Position numbers and translations under genes: made by a program. This document shows, piece by piece, positions 39,227-50,228 of a DNA stretch of 64,000 nucleotides. Every line of letters starts with the position of its first letter. Within the stretch, counting starts at the first letter, position 1. The stretch lies in contig CADAAN010000006.1 of the NCBI GenBank assembly GCA_902785935.1, forward strand, positions 4,309 to 68,308. The letters run 5' to 3'. The stretch comes from an uncultured Pseudomonadota bacterium (lineage in GTDB: Bacteria; Pseudomonadota; Alphaproteobacteria; RF32; CAG-239). Below the pieces are notes generated by a model. The model did no database searches, was not told the DNA's origin, and worked only from the letters and a program-made list of their open reading frames with translations.

Positions 39227-40130
39227 TTTAGGATCCAATTCTTGTCGTTTGCGCATTGCAAATGAAAAAGGTGAAGTGCTTTATATGGATTCAAAACCCA
39301 CAATGCTCGGTCAGGGACTTCACAAAACGGGAATACTGAGCGAAGAATCATTCATGCGCGGGCAGAAAGCTTTGAGCGAATTTGCCTGTTTGATGAAAAA
39401 ATATGATGTCAAATCATATCGCGCCATCACGACAGAAGCCTGCAGATCAGCTTTAAACGGCTCTGATTTTATCCGTATGATTGAAAAAGAAACGGGTATT
39501 GTGCTTGAAATAATTGATGCCAAAGAAGAGGCGCGTCTGAATTTAAAAGGAGCAAGCCTCAATGCCCCGAAAGACAAAGAATATATCGCCCTTTATGATT
39601 TGGGCGGTGCTTCGACGGAAATTTCCCTGAGTAAAAATGACGGCAAGTGTCAAATTTTGCACACCGTTTCTATCCCTTGGGGCGCACGCAACGCAGCAGA
39701 AGCATATTGCTTGCGTGAATTTTCGCAGAAACAAGCTCACCGTTTAAGCACGGACATCAAAAAATATGTCGATGATTTTATGAAAAAATGTGATTTTGAA
39801 AAATATCGCGATAAATGCTGTTTGCTTGCAACCTCAAGCACACCTCTTCGCCTTTGCGCCATGGTCAAAAACGACGGAGAATATTCAAGAGACAAAAATG
39901 ACGGTGCATGCGTTATGTGCTTTGATTTTGATAAAGCAATTGATGCGGTGTGCCACATGGATTTACATCAAAGACAGCAATCCGCCTATATCGGCGAGGA
40001 TCGAGCGCCGATTTTTATTGCCGCCGGAATTATTTTTCAGACAATATACAAACAGCTTGGTTTTAATCAGATGATTGTATCATTTAAAGGTGCTCAAGAT
40101 GCGATTATAGAGGAGTTATGCCATGGCTAA
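39201..40130 (+). CDS. Ppx/GppA-family phosphatase, copy 2 (tandem paralog)
   Basis: IDLGSNSCRLRIA and YDLGGASTE motifs; overlaps copy 1 by 26 nt. Confidence 0.7.
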   Translation: MKKNIASIDLGSNSCRLRIANEKGEVLYMDSKPTMLGQGLHKTGILSEESFMRGQKALSEFACLMKKYDVKSYRAITTEACRSALNGSDFIRMIEKETGIVLEIIDAKEEARLNLKGASLNAPKDKEYIALYDLGGASTEISLSKNDGKCQILHTVSIPWGARNAAEAYCLREFSQKQAHRLSTDIKKYVDDFMKKCDFEKYRDKCCLLATSSTPLRLCAMVKNDGEYSRDKNDGACVMCFDFDKAIDAVCHMDLHQRQQSAYIGEDRAPIFIAAGIIFQTIYKQLGFNQMIVSFKGAQDAIIEELCHG

Positions 40131-40812
40131 AATGACAAAGTCGGCAAAACTGATTCGCGGGCAAAAAACCCTGACGGTCAGAGTTAAAACGTCAAAATAT
40201 CGCAAAACATCATCAAACAGATGGCTTGAGCGGCAATTAAACGATCCTTATGTGCTTCAATCAAAACGCCTCGGTTATCGCTCAAGAGCGGCATTTAAGC
40301 TTATACAGCTTGATGAAAAATACCATTTTTTAGGCAAGGGCAAAACCATTGTCGATTTAGGGTGCGCCCCGGGCGGTTGGACGCAAATTGCGGTTGAAAA
40401 AAACAAGGGCACGGGGCAGGTTGTCGGTATTGATATCTTAGAAACACAGCCTGTTGAAGGGGCAACGCTGATTTGTCAGGATTTTACCTCTGCTGATGCA
40501 CCGGAAAAGCTCAAAGCACTTTTAAAAGGTCCTGCCGATATTGTGATGAGCGATATGGCTGCCAATACAACGGGACACCAACAAACCGACCACTTGCGCA
40601 CAATCGCACTTGTTGAGGCCGCATATGCTTTTGCCAAAGAAGTTTTGGCTCCAAACGGTATATTTATCGCCAAGGTCTTTCAGGGCGGCGCAGAAGGTGA
40701 ACTTTTGGCAGATATGAAAAAAAATTTTGCGAAAGTATCACATTTCAAACCTGATGCCAGCCGCCAAACGTCGCCCGAAATATATGTCGTCGCCCAGGGA
40801 TTTAGGAAATAA
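40123..40812 (+). CDS. rlmE: 23S rRNA (uridine-2'-O)-methyltransferase
   Basis: YRSRAAFKL, VDLGCAPGGW, SDMAAN motifs of FtsJ/RlmE. Confidence 0.85.
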   Translation: MAKMTKSAKLIRGQKTLTVRVKTSKYRKTSSNRWLERQLNDPYVLQSKRLGYRSRAAFKLIQLDEKYHFLGKGKTIVDLGCAPGGWTQIAVEKNKGTGQVVGIDILETQPVEGATLICQDFTSADAPEKLKALLKGPADIVMSDMAANTTGHQQTDHLRTIALVEAAYAFAKEVLAPNGIFIAKVFQGGAEGELLADMKKNFAKVSHFKPDASRQTSPEIYVVAQGFRK

Positions 40813-40815
40813 AAC

Positions 40816-41673
40816 TTAGCGATACCGAATCGAAAAAGTGTTTGTCTTGCCTGCAACTTGATTGGCCTCATCGATGGTGTAAATGCGCTTTGGTGCGTAA
40901 TGTTGATTGTAAATATCATTTGGGGAACTGTAAAACCTTCCGTTATAATAATAACCTGTTGAGTATTTTTGATAAAATTTAATTTTATCGCCAATTTCTT
41001 CATCGTCTAAAAGAGCCTGACAACTGGCATTTGTGTCTTCGCAATAAATAGCCAAAGATTCTGACAATGCTTTATTTATGGAATTAGTAAGCATTTTTTT
41101 TGTAATCATGGTCGAACCGGATATGGTTAAAGATTTCAATTCCGTGCCGCCTAATGTCCAATCTTCATCTTCAAGAATAACATCTTTGGGTAATACAATA
41201 TCTTCAACTTTTGTACGATTAAAATTAGCCCCTCCGATAAAAGTCAGACTATTTGGTAAATTAATTTTTTCAAGTGATTGAGTATCATTAAAAGCACCAC
41301 CCGAAATCTTTTGAAGTCCTTCGGGTAAAACAGCCTCTCGCAAATCAAACAAATATTCAAAAGCAGAAGAACCAATTGATTTAAATATTTTATCACTTGA
41401 TTCGTTTTCGATAACGACTTTATAAATTTGTGAAGAATAGGCTCCCCAATCGGCTGTATTATGGCACCATGGGTCACAGCTGTGACTATAATTTTTCATA
41501 TCACCATAACCTTTAATGGTTAATGTATTCGTGTTTTTATCAAGTGTTGCTGTACAACTATCATTTGAGGTTGCCGCACAGTCAAATGTACAAATATCAC
41601 TGTTATCACAAAGTGTATCAGCATATGTATTAAAAGCCGTAAATATACAAAAAATATAAATTACTTTTCTCAT
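40816..41673 (-). CDS. Secreted BspA-type LRR protein, paralog 4
   Basis: Signal peptide MRKVIYIFCIFTAFNTYA; C-terminus PKRIYTIDEANQVAGKTNTFSIRYR. The longer ORF (to 41874) reads through the family-B leader and is rejected. Confidence 0.7.
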   Translation of the reverse strand: MRKVIYIFCIFTAFNTYADTLCDNSDICTFDCAATSNDSCTATLDKNTNTLTIKGYGDMKNYSHSCDPWCHNTADWGAYSSQIYKVVIENESSDKIFKSIGSSAFEYLFDLREAVLPEGLQKISGGAFNDTQSLEKINLPNSLTFIGGANFNRTKVEDIVLPKDVILEDEDWTLGGTELKSLTISGSTMITKKMLTNSINKALSESLAIYCEDTNASCQALLDDEEIGDKIKFYQKYSTGYYYNGRFYSSPNDIYNQHYAPKRIYTIDEANQVAGKTNTFSIRYR

Positions 41674-41676
41674 ATC

Positions 41677-41950
41677 TTTTCTCCAAAATTTATTAAACGA
41701 AAAAACCACTCTAAAATGAGCGGCGGGGAGTAAAAGAATCATGTAATGGAAAATGACTTCCGTAACCTTTAGGTCAAAACCTTGAACATACGCCACGGAC
41801 TCCCCAACCAAAATATCGGGGATAAGCATTGTTTTAAAATAAAAAAACAACACTAAAACAGCGTTATCTCTCACTGTCCATTACAAAAGCTCTTTTAAAG
41901 CCCCGCACCCTTTTCGGGTACTTGATAGAAAAAGCCAAAACCTTCCTATC
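41677..41950 (-). ncRNA. Conserved structured 5' leader, family B (copy B2), with terminator ccgctc/gagtgg plus T6
   Basis: Promoter TTGACA-16-TAATAAT at about 41958-41987; conserved blocks as in B1/B3. Confidence 0.6.
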
Positions 41951-42024
41951 TGATTTATATTATTACATATCAAAAACATCTTGTCAAGAAATTTTAAAAT
42001 ATTTTAATACGTGATTTGGCTGTG

Positions 42025-42170
42025 AACGTAAATAAAAGCTTAGAATGAGCTAGATGCGACGGAAGCTCTTTTACGAAGTGTACAAAAGAGGTTGTATACG
42101 TAAATAAAAGCTTAGAATGAGTCAAGTACGACGTACGGCCGCTTGCGCAGTGTACAAAAAGGGTACATAA
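42025..42170. repeat. Imperfect tandem direct repeat (2 x about 72 bp) beginning acgtaaataaaagcttagaatgag; copy 2 contains a 10-bp perfect inverted repeat (ggccgcttgc/gcaagcggcc)
   Basis: 42025-42096 versus 42098-42170; an inverted partial copy aagcttttattt sits at 42203-42214 overlapping the nusG stop. Confidence 0.6.
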
Positions 42171-42207
42171 GCAAGCGGCCGCACAAGTAATTGGCCATTA
42201 TAAGCTT

Positions 42208-42741
42208 TTATTTTACTTTTTCTACTTGAGAAAATTCTAATTCCACCGGCGTGTAACGCCCGAAAATGGAAACTGAAACTTTAAGACGCGTCTTTTCTGT
42301 GTCTACTTCTTCGACAACACCGACGAAGGAGGCAAACGGACCATCTGTCACACGAACATTTTCACCGATTTCAAAGGTGGCCACAACTTCAGGACGCTCA
42401 ACACCTTCCTGCATTTGCTTTAAGATGTGATCAACCTCTTTATCGCTGATCGGCTGAGGTTTGTTGCGGCTACCCAAAAATCCGCTGACACGAGGCGTAT
42501 TTTTCACGACATGCCAAACATCATCGGACATTTCCATTTTCACTAAGATATAGCCGGGGAAAAACTTGCGCTCTGAAGCAACTTTTTTGCCTTTTTTGAC
42601 CTCAACGACATCTTCGGTCGGTACCAAGACGTCTAAAATGCGATCTTCCATCTTTTTAATGACAGCCTGTTCTTTTAAAGAATCGGCAACTTTTTTTTCA
42701 GAACCGGAATAAACATTTATCACATACCAACGAGCACTCAT
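42208..42741 (-). CDS. nusG: Transcription antitermination factor NusG
   Basis: NGN domain (WYVINVYSGSEKKV) and KOW (GENVRVTDGPFASFVGVV); follows secE. Confidence 0.9.
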   Translation of the reverse strand: MSARWYVINVYSGSEKKVADSLKEQAVIKKMEDRILDVLVPTEDVVEVKKGKKVASERKFFPGYILVKMEMSDDVWHVVKNTPRVSGFLGSRNKPQPISDKEVDHILKQMQEGVERPEVVATFEIGENVRVTDGPFASFVGVVEEVDTEKTRLKVSVSIFGRYTPVELEFSQVEKVK

Positions 42742-42743
42742 CG

Positions 42744-42938
42744 TTACACCCCTAAACCTAAAATAAGTTTAACAACCCAAGCCAAGACAACATCAACCGC
42801 AAAGAAAAAAATCGCCGCAAGCGTCACAATAAACAGAACAACAGTCGTGACCTGCGTAACCTCTTTCTTTGAAGGCCAAGTGATTTTTTTCACCTCTTGG
42901 CGAACTTGTCTGAAAAACTGTATCGGACTGACTTTCAA
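42744..42938 (-). CDS. secE: Preprotein translocase subunit SecE
   Basis: 64 aa, single TM helix, KKITWPSKKEV motif; tRNA-Trp-secE-nusG context. Confidence 0.85.
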   Translation of the reverse strand: MKVSPIQFFRQVRQEVKKITWPSKKEVTQVTTVVLFIVTLAAIFFFAVDVVLAWVVKLILGLGV

Positions 42939-42981
42939 GTTATAATCCTTTTTGTTAAATCATGAAACACAATGGAAAAAG

Positions 42982-43057
42982 TGGCAGGGGCGGCAGGACT
43001 TGAACCCACGACACTCGGTTTTGGAGACCGATGTTCTACCAACTGAACTACGCCCCT
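42982..43057 (-). tRNA. trnW: tRNA-Trp (anticodon CCA)
   Basis: 76 nt, aggggcg/cgcccct acceptor stem, anticodon loop cuCCAaa, T-loop gttcaag, encoded CCA end. Confidence 0.9.
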
Positions 43058-43151
43058 AATAATTCTCCATCAAACAATTTTTCTTATTGATACACACATC
43101 TTCTTATAAAATCAAGCATTTTTTTTATCTGTGTGCACGTTTTTTATTTTT

Positions 43152-44969
43152 TTAACCTTCCACTTCGGGCTTAAAGCGTTTTCTTGCGAGCGGATCTAAT
43201 ATTTTTTTACGCAATCTCAGTGATTTAGGCGTCACTTCCAACAGCTCGTCCGACTGAATATAAGAAAGCGCTTGTTCTAAGCTGAGTTTTCTCGGAGGAA
43301 TAAGGTCAATCGCCTCATCTTTACCGGCGGCACGAATGTTTGTGAGCTGTTTTGTTTTGGTCGGGTTGACTTCAATATCGTTTGATTTTGTGTGTTCACC
43401 GATAATCATGCCGACATAAACGGGCGAGTTATGTTCAACAAACATCGGACCTCTGTCTTGCAATTTCCAAAGAGCATACGCAACAGCGGTTCCGTTTTCG
43501 GAAGAAATCAAAACACCTGTTCTGCGGCCTTCAATATCCCCCTTAAAGGGCTCATAAGCATAAAAAATTCTGTTCATCACACCCGTGCCGCGTGTGTCGG
43601 TTAAAAATTCGCTATGATAACCGATTAAACCGCGTGACGGCGCATGAAAGATTAAGCGCACTTTATTGCCGAGCTCGGAAGGAATCATATCCGTCATTTC
43701 AGCACGGCGAAGTCCCATTTTTTCAACCACCGTGCCTGAAAATTCTTCATCAACGTCAACAACAACTTCTTCCACAGGCTCCAAAAGATTGCCGTTTTCG
43801 TCTTTTTTGAACAAAACGCGCGGTCTTGAAATCGAAAGTTCAAACCCTTCGCGACGCATTGTTTCAATCAAAACACCAAGCTGGAGTTCTCCCCTGCCCG
43901 CAACTTCAAACGAATCGGTTTTATCCGTCTTTGAAATTTTAAGGGCAATATTGCTTTCCGCCTCTTTCTCTAACCTGTCCCAAATCATACGCGATGTGAC
44001 TTTGTCACCCTCACGACCGGCAAGCGGCGAATCGTTGACGCTAAAGGTCATTGCAAGCGTTGGCGGATCAATCGGCTGAGCTTTTATCGGCATATCCACC
44101 TCATAAGCGCAAATCGTATCAGCCACCGTGCCTTTGACAACACCTGCCACAGCCACAATATCGCCGGCATGTGCCTCATTAAGCGCCACACGCTCAAGCC
44201 CTTTATAAGCCAAAATCTTAGAAATACGTGTCTTTTCGACCTCACCGTCTTTGTTGATGACTTTGACGGCATCATTTAATTTTAACGTACCGGACCAAAT
44301 TTTACCCGTTAAGATACGCCCTAAAAACTTATCACCTTCCAATGTGGTCACAAGCATCGAAAACGGCTTGTCTTTTTCACATTTCGGTTCGCTGACATAT
44401 GATAAAATCAGTTCAAAAAGAGGCGTCAAATCCTTTCTTTCATCATTTAAGTCTTTAACGGCCCAACCATTGCGCCCTGAAGCATAAAGCACCGGAAAAT
44501 CAAGCTGCTCATCAGTGGCATTTAAGCTGACAAAAAGGTCAAAAACCTCATTTAAAACTTCATCGGGACGTGCGTCTGCTTTGTCCGCCTTATTGATGAC
44601 AACAATCGGTTTTAAGCCGATTTTCAAGGCTTTGCCCAACACAAATTTTGTCTGCGGCATCGGCCCTTCGGACGAATCCACAAGCAAAACAACACCGTCA
44701 ACCATGGATAAAATGCGTTCGACCTCACCGCCGAAATCCGCGTGACCCGGGGTGTCAACGATATTGATATGATTGCCGTTCCATTCAACCGATGTACATT
44801 TTGATAAAATCGTAATACCGCGTTCACGTTCCAAATCATTGCTGTCAAGCACACAATCAACAACTTTTTGATTGTCGCGAAATGTGCCGCTTTGTTTGAG
44901 TAAACCATCGACAAGCGTCGTTTTGCCGTGGTCAACGTGGGCGATAATTGCAATATTTCTCATAGACAT
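43152..44969 (-). CDS. typA: Translational GTPase TypA/BipA
   Basis: G1 AHVDHGKTT, G3 DTPGHADF, G4 NKAD; about 605 aa with the TypA C-terminal domain; start chosen at MSMRNIAIIAHV. Confidence 0.9.
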   Translation of the reverse strand: MSMRNIAIIAHVDHGKTTLVDGLLKQSGTFRDNQKVVDCVLDSNDLERERGITILSKCTSVEWNGNHINIVDTPGHADFGGEVERILSMVDGVVLLVDSSEGPMPQTKFVLGKALKIGLKPIVVINKADKADARPDEVLNEVFDLFVSLNATDEQLDFPVLYASGRNGWAVKDLNDERKDLTPLFELILSYVSEPKCEKDKPFSMLVTTLEGDKFLGRILTGKIWSGTLKLNDAVKVINKDGEVEKTRISKILAYKGLERVALNEAHAGDIVAVAGVVKGTVADTICAYEVDMPIKAQPIDPPTLAMTFSVNDSPLAGREGDKVTSRMIWDRLEKEAESNIALKISKTDKTDSFEVAGRGELQLGVLIETMRREGFELSISRPRVLFKKDENGNLLEPVEEVVVDVDEEFSGTVVEKMGLRRAEMTDMIPSELGNKVRLIFHAPSRGLIGYHSEFLTDTRGTGVMNRIFYAYEPFKGDIEGRRTGVLISSENGTAVAYALWKLQDRGPMFVEHNSPVYVGMIIGEHTKSNDIEVNPTKTKQLTNIRAAGKDEAIDLIPPRKLSLEQALSYIQSDELLEVTPKSLRLRKKILDPLARKRFKPEVEG

Positions 44970-45086
44970 CGTTTTATCCTTTTTAAAAATTTCGACGTAC
45001 AATACCGCATTTTTTTTTAAATTCAAGTTTTTTTTACAAAAAAAAGAGGCTTTTTGTGATAAAAGCCTCTTCTGTCCGAAATATCT

Positions 45087-45986
45087 TTATCGATACCTTA
45101 TTTTGAAAGAATTAACCTTGCCCGCGACGGCATTCGCCTCGTCGATGGTATAAATGCGGATATCGGCACGAGCAGGAACAGATGGCAAGACAGATGGAGA
45201 AACAGTTCCTGATGCTGAAGCAATTTTTGCTCTGCAAGAAGTCTCCGTTTCGCAACCCTCTTCCGTTCCTCCCAACATCATTTTTGCTGCTGAAGAGTAA
45301 TAATTATCACCAACTTTATATACCCCATCTTCTTTAGTATATTGTTCAATTTTTGACGTCCCATGGCCTTTACAAATATTAACATCTTCGCAAAAAAGTT
45401 TTGTGTTGCTGGCAAACGGAAAGTTAACAATTGTTGTTCCTCTGCTAATAATGACATTGTTCAAGGATTCATTTTGAAAGCTACTTCCAAAAGCATCCTG
45501 ATTAATTTTCGTTACACCGCTTAAATCAATATCATGCAGGTTGGTTGTATATGTAAAAGCGCCACTTCCAATTTCTTTAACTCCTGTAAAATCCACACTC
45601 GACAAAGCAGATCGCGAAAAAGCGGTTCCGCCGATTGATGTAACACCGCTTGCAAAAGCAAGTGAGGTTACACCTTGAGGAAGCATTGATGTCCCATAAG
45701 TGTCATCTGCAAAAGCTGATCTCGGTACTTTGTATGTGAGATTGCCGTTTGAATCTGTTGAAGTAATTGATGACCCCTGAATGGTCATTTTTCCGTTATC
45801 AATAGTGTAGTATGTGAGCATATGAGAGGCATAGCTACTGGCTTGCGACAAACATCCTTCGCCATAAGTTGAAACACAAGCCTGACAAAATGTGTTCCCT
45901 TCAGGGCACTCAATTAAAGCAATGGAAATTTTTGAAAATGAAACTGTTGCTACTAATGCCGAGGTTAAAAAAATATTTCTAGTCAT
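45087..45986 (-). CDS. Secreted LRR-family protein, paralog 5 (shorter, divergent repeats, same C-terminal domain)
   Basis: Signal peptide MTRNIFLTSALVATVSFS; C-terminus IRIYTIDEANAVAGKVNSFKIRYR. Confidence 0.65.
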   Translation of the reverse strand: MTRNIFLTSALVATVSFSKISIALIECPEGNTFCQACVSTYGEGCLSQASSYASHMLTYYTIDNGKMTIQGSSITSTDSNGNLTYKVPRSAFADDTYGTSMLPQGVTSLAFASGVTSIGGTAFSRSALSSVDFTGVKEIGSGAFTYTTNLHDIDLSGVTKINQDAFGSSFQNESLNNVIISRGTTIVNFPFASNTKLFCEDVNICKGHGTSKIEQYTKEDGVYKVGDNYYSSAAKMMLGGTEEGCETETSCRAKIASASGTVSPSVLPSVPARADIRIYTIDEANAVAGKVNSFKIRYR

Positions 45987-46177
45987 AACTTTTCTCCTAT
46001 TTTTCTTATTTACACTGTTGAAAAAATCACTTCAGAAGATATCCGAAGTGGGAGCTAGAAAACTGTATACATTCAGTCAGACTTATTCGACATTTCAAAA
46101 CGCTTATATCATCTACTCCCGGTAAAAGGAGCGATATGTATAAGGTGTTTTCTAGACACCGCAACCATTTTGGTTAC
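45987..46177 (-). ncRNA. Conserved structured 5' leader, family A (copy A2), with terminator cacttc/gaagtg plus T6
   Basis: Promoter TTGACA at about 46206-46211 (minus strand); conserved motifs gtaaccaaaatggttgcggtg, ctcc...ggag, gatataagc, cgaataag, agctccc. Confidence 0.55.
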
Positions 46178-46353
46178 TTTTTTATTTTCACATAAAAAAC
46201 GTAGCTTGTCAAATAAATTTTGTAAAAAATATCTTTTTTTGCTTGAAAAATAAAACTTTAATGATAAATTGTGCTTGAAATTTAAATTAACCCCCGTGCG
46301 GGGAATCCGCACAGCTCTTTTCTTAAGAGTTTACTTTTTTATAAGGATACTAA

Positions 46354-47364
<1,011 letters not shown>

Positions 47365-47433
47365 AAACAAAATCCAATCAAGAATTTCCCCGCCTTTTGA
47401 CGGGGAAATTTCTAAAATCAAAAGGAAAAATAA

Positions 47434-48639
47434 ATGGAATATAAAACAATTGATGATTTAGGTGATTTGAACGGCAAAGTCGTGATGTTAAGAGCCGATT
47501 TGAATGTACCGATGAATGACAAATTTGAAGTTACAAATACCGCGCGTATCGACCGCACCGTGCCGACGATCAGGCTTTTGATGCAAAAAGGCGCTAAGGT
47601 TGTGGTGATTTCGCATTTCGGACGTCCTGAAGGTAAAGGCGATATGAAAAATTCGCTCAGCCATGTCGCACCTGAACTGCAAAAAGCTTTGGGTTGCAAG
47701 GTCGTTTTTGTCAGCGACTGCCTTGGACAAGAAGTCAAAGACGCCGTTTGCAACATGAAGGGTGATGAGGTTTTGCTTCTTGAAAATCTTCGCTTTTATG
47801 ATGAAGAAAAGAAAGGCAATGAAGCTTTTGCAAAAGAGCTTGTCAGCGTCGCCGATGCTTATGTTTCAGATGCATTTTCAACCGCACACCGTGCGCATGC
47901 CTCTATGGTTGCGGCCGCAAAAGAATTGCCTTCTGCCATGGGTCTTTTGATGAGCGAAGAGGTTGAGGCCTTGACAAAGGGGTTGAACAACCCTGCTCGC
48001 CCGTTGATAGCAATTGTCGGCGGGTCAAAAGTATCGACAAAGCTTGATTTGTTAAATAACCTTGTCAAAAAAGTTGATAAACTTGTCATTTCAGGCGGTA
48101 TGGCTCATACATTTTTAAAAGCCAAAGGCGTTGAGGGTATCAACGAAACAAATTCTTTGTTGCAACCTGATATGCTTGATACCGCACGTGAGATTATGAA
48201 GACGGCCGAGGGTGCGGATTGTGAAATTTTGTTGCCGCTTGACTTGGTTTGGGCAAAAGAATTTGCCGCAAATGCCGAGCACAAAACAGTTGACTTGGAT
48301 CATATTCCCGAAGGCGGTACACTTCTTGATGTCGGCAATCAGACGGTTGAGCTGATTAAGGCAAAGATGCAGTCATGTCAAACGCTTGTTTGGAACGGGC
48401 CTTTGGGTGCGTTTGAATTAAAGCCGTTTGATGCGGCGACAAATGCCGTTGCTCTTGAGGCGGCCAAGTTGACGAAAGCCGGCAGATTGACAACGGTGGC
48501 CGGTGGCGGTGATACGGTTTCCGCTCTTGAATGTGCCGGAGTTGCAAAAGATTTCACATACATTTCAACGGCCGGCGGTGCCTTTTTGGAATGGATGGAA
48601 GGCAAAGAACTTCCGGGTGTTGCTGTCTTGAAAAAATAA
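47434..48639 (+). CDS. pgk: Phosphoglycerate kinase
   Basis: RADLNVP, SHFGRPEG, GGGDT motifs; 401 aa. Confidence 0.9.
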   Translation: MEYKTIDDLGDLNGKVVMLRADLNVPMNDKFEVTNTARIDRTVPTIRLLMQKGAKVVVISHFGRPEGKGDMKNSLSHVAPELQKALGCKVVFVSDCLGQEVKDAVCNMKGDEVLLLENLRFYDEEKKGNEAFAKELVSVADAYVSDAFSTAHRAHASMVAAAKELPSAMGLLMSEEVEALTKGLNNPARPLIAIVGGSKVSTKLDLLNNLVKKVDKLVISGGMAHTFLKAKGVEGINETNSLLQPDMLDTAREIMKTAEGADCEILLPLDLVWAKEFAANAEHKTVDLDHIPEGGTLLDVGNQTVELIKAKMQSCQTLVWNGPLGAFELKPFDAATNAVALEAAKLTKAGRLTTVAGGGDTVSALECAGVAKDFTYISTAGGAFLEWMEGKELPGVAVLKK

Positions 48640-48717
48640 TATTTTCATATTTTATCTTAAGAAAAAAACTTGTATTGATAAAAAACAATGCAAGTTTTTT
48701 TGGATTTTTTACATAAT

Positions 48718-49971
48718 CTAATAAACCGCGGCAATTTCGGGATCTTTAAAGTATTTATCAATTGCGTTTGCCGCAGATGTTGCCAATTTTTTGCGATAAG
48801 AGGCCTGTTTTAAGAGATTTTCTTCTTCTTTGTTTGAAAGATATCCCATTTCCAAAAGAGCCGACGGAATATCCGGCGCTTTTAAGACGGCAAAACCCGC
48901 AAAACGATGCGTATCATCAACAAGCTTAACCGACTTTTTCATTTCACCGACAACATAAGCCGCAAATTTTGAAGATTTATTACGGCAATCCGTTTGTGAT
49001 AAAGAAATCAAAATATCATTAATTTCTTTTGAATTTTCAGAAAAATCCATTCCGCCGATGATATCCACTTTGTTTTCACGTTCAGCCAAAGCTGCCGCCT
49101 CTTTGTCCGATGCTTTTTCCGAAAGCGTATAAACCGACAGACCTTTGGCTTTTCTATTAACAGCAGAATCGGCATGCAATGACATAAATAAATCCGCCTT
49201 GTACTTTTGCGCAATCTTAACACGTTGTCTTAAAGGAATAAAAACATCGGTTGAGCGCGTTAAATAGACTTTATAACCTTTTTTTTCAAGCTGAGATTTA
49301 AGTTCTTTACCCATGGCAAGCGTCACATTTTTTTCATACGTTTTACCATATGCCCCGATTGCGCCGGGATCTTTGCCGCCATGACCGGGATCCAAAACGA
49401 CGATACGTTGACGCGCCTTAGATTTGACCGGTTTATCCGATGAAAACAGCCAACTGCTTTTTGAAGAATCTTTGGTCGCCGTTTTTGTTTGCTTTGGGGC
49501 GCTTTTATTTGAAATCGCATATTTTGCACCGACTTTGCCTTCAAAATCACGTTCGGAAGCCACAGCCAAATCAACGACAAACCGCCAATTTGTATTTTTA
49601 CTCGGCTCTAACATAAACGCCTGCTTTATCAAAACAGGTTTTTTAAGGTCAAAAACAACGCGCTTGTCTTTGTCGTTTAATTTACCGATTCTGGTCGAAT
49701 CGATTAAATTATTTTTATCCGCGGTCAATGTCTTTTTGATTTCGCAATGATGCGCGTCAACAACAAGCCTTTTAGGCGAAGAAAGCAAAAATACTTCATA
49801 ATCAAATTTTTCATCAGCGTCAAACACAATCCGAACACTGCCGATTTGTTGTCCGATGCGCATATTTGTAATGTTTGCGGCTCTTGCAAAAAGAGGCAAA
49901 ATCAAGCACATCATAAAAGCAAACAAAAAGATATATGCTTTTTTGACCAATGTATTCATCAAATTTTTCAT
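48718..49971 (-). CDS. amiC: N-acetylmuramoyl-L-alanine amidase (AmiC-like: AMIN domain plus Amidase_3)
   Basis: N-terminal AMIN-like region (RIVFD...LVVD); catalytic domain VVLDPGHGGKDPGAIG, LHAD, E-containing motif. Confidence 0.85.
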   Translation of the reverse strand: MKNLMNTLVKKAYIFLFAFMMCLILPLFARAANITNMRIGQQIGSVRIVFDADEKFDYEVFLLSSPKRLVVDAHHCEIKKTLTADKNNLIDSTRIGKLNDKDKRVVFDLKKPVLIKQAFMLEPSKNTNWRFVVDLAVASERDFEGKVGAKYAISNKSAPKQTKTATKDSSKSSWLFSSDKPVKSKARQRIVVLDPGHGGKDPGAIGAYGKTYEKNVTLAMGKELKSQLEKKGYKVYLTRSTDVFIPLRQRVKIAQKYKADLFMSLHADSAVNRKAKGLSVYTLSEKASDKEAAALAERENKVDIIGGMDFSENSKEINDILISLSQTDCRNKSSKFAAYVVGEMKKSVKLVDDTHRFAGFAVLKAPDIPSALLEMGYLSNKEEENLLKQASYRKKLATSAANAIDKYFKDPEIAAVY

Positions 49972-50126
49972 TGCCCATATTTTAACAATGAGATATTACC
50001 AATTTATTAAAAAGCACAAAAATCAACCCATAAAAGTTGAGCATTAAAAAAATGCATAATGTGATTATTTTGCTTGATTTTGGTATTTTTTTTGAATAAT
50101 ATCCCTAAAAGTTATAACATTTAACC

Positions 50127-50211
50127 GCGGACGTGGCGAAATTGGCAGACGCGCCAGACTTAGGATCTGGTGCCGAAAGGCGTGCGGGTTCAAGTCCCTC
50201 CGTCCGCACCA
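50127..50211 (+). tRNA. tRNA-Leu (anticodon TAG)
   Basis: 85 nt with long variable arm, acceptor gcggacg/cgtccgc, anticodon loop cuUAGga, T-loop gttcaag, CCA encoded. Confidence 0.85.
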
Positions 50212-50228
50212 TTTGTAAAGAGAAAAAA

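Noticed and set aside
40816-41874. Long N-terminal extension of the LRR paralog-4 ORF (352 aa version)
   Set aside because: The extra 67 codons read through the conserved family-B leader including its terminator; a proper signal peptide begins at the internal Met (41673).
50133-50228. 5' extension of the trigger-factor ORF
   Set aside because: It overlaps the tRNA-Leu gene on the same strand; the real tig start is the ATG at 50229 (MKVTEEK...).
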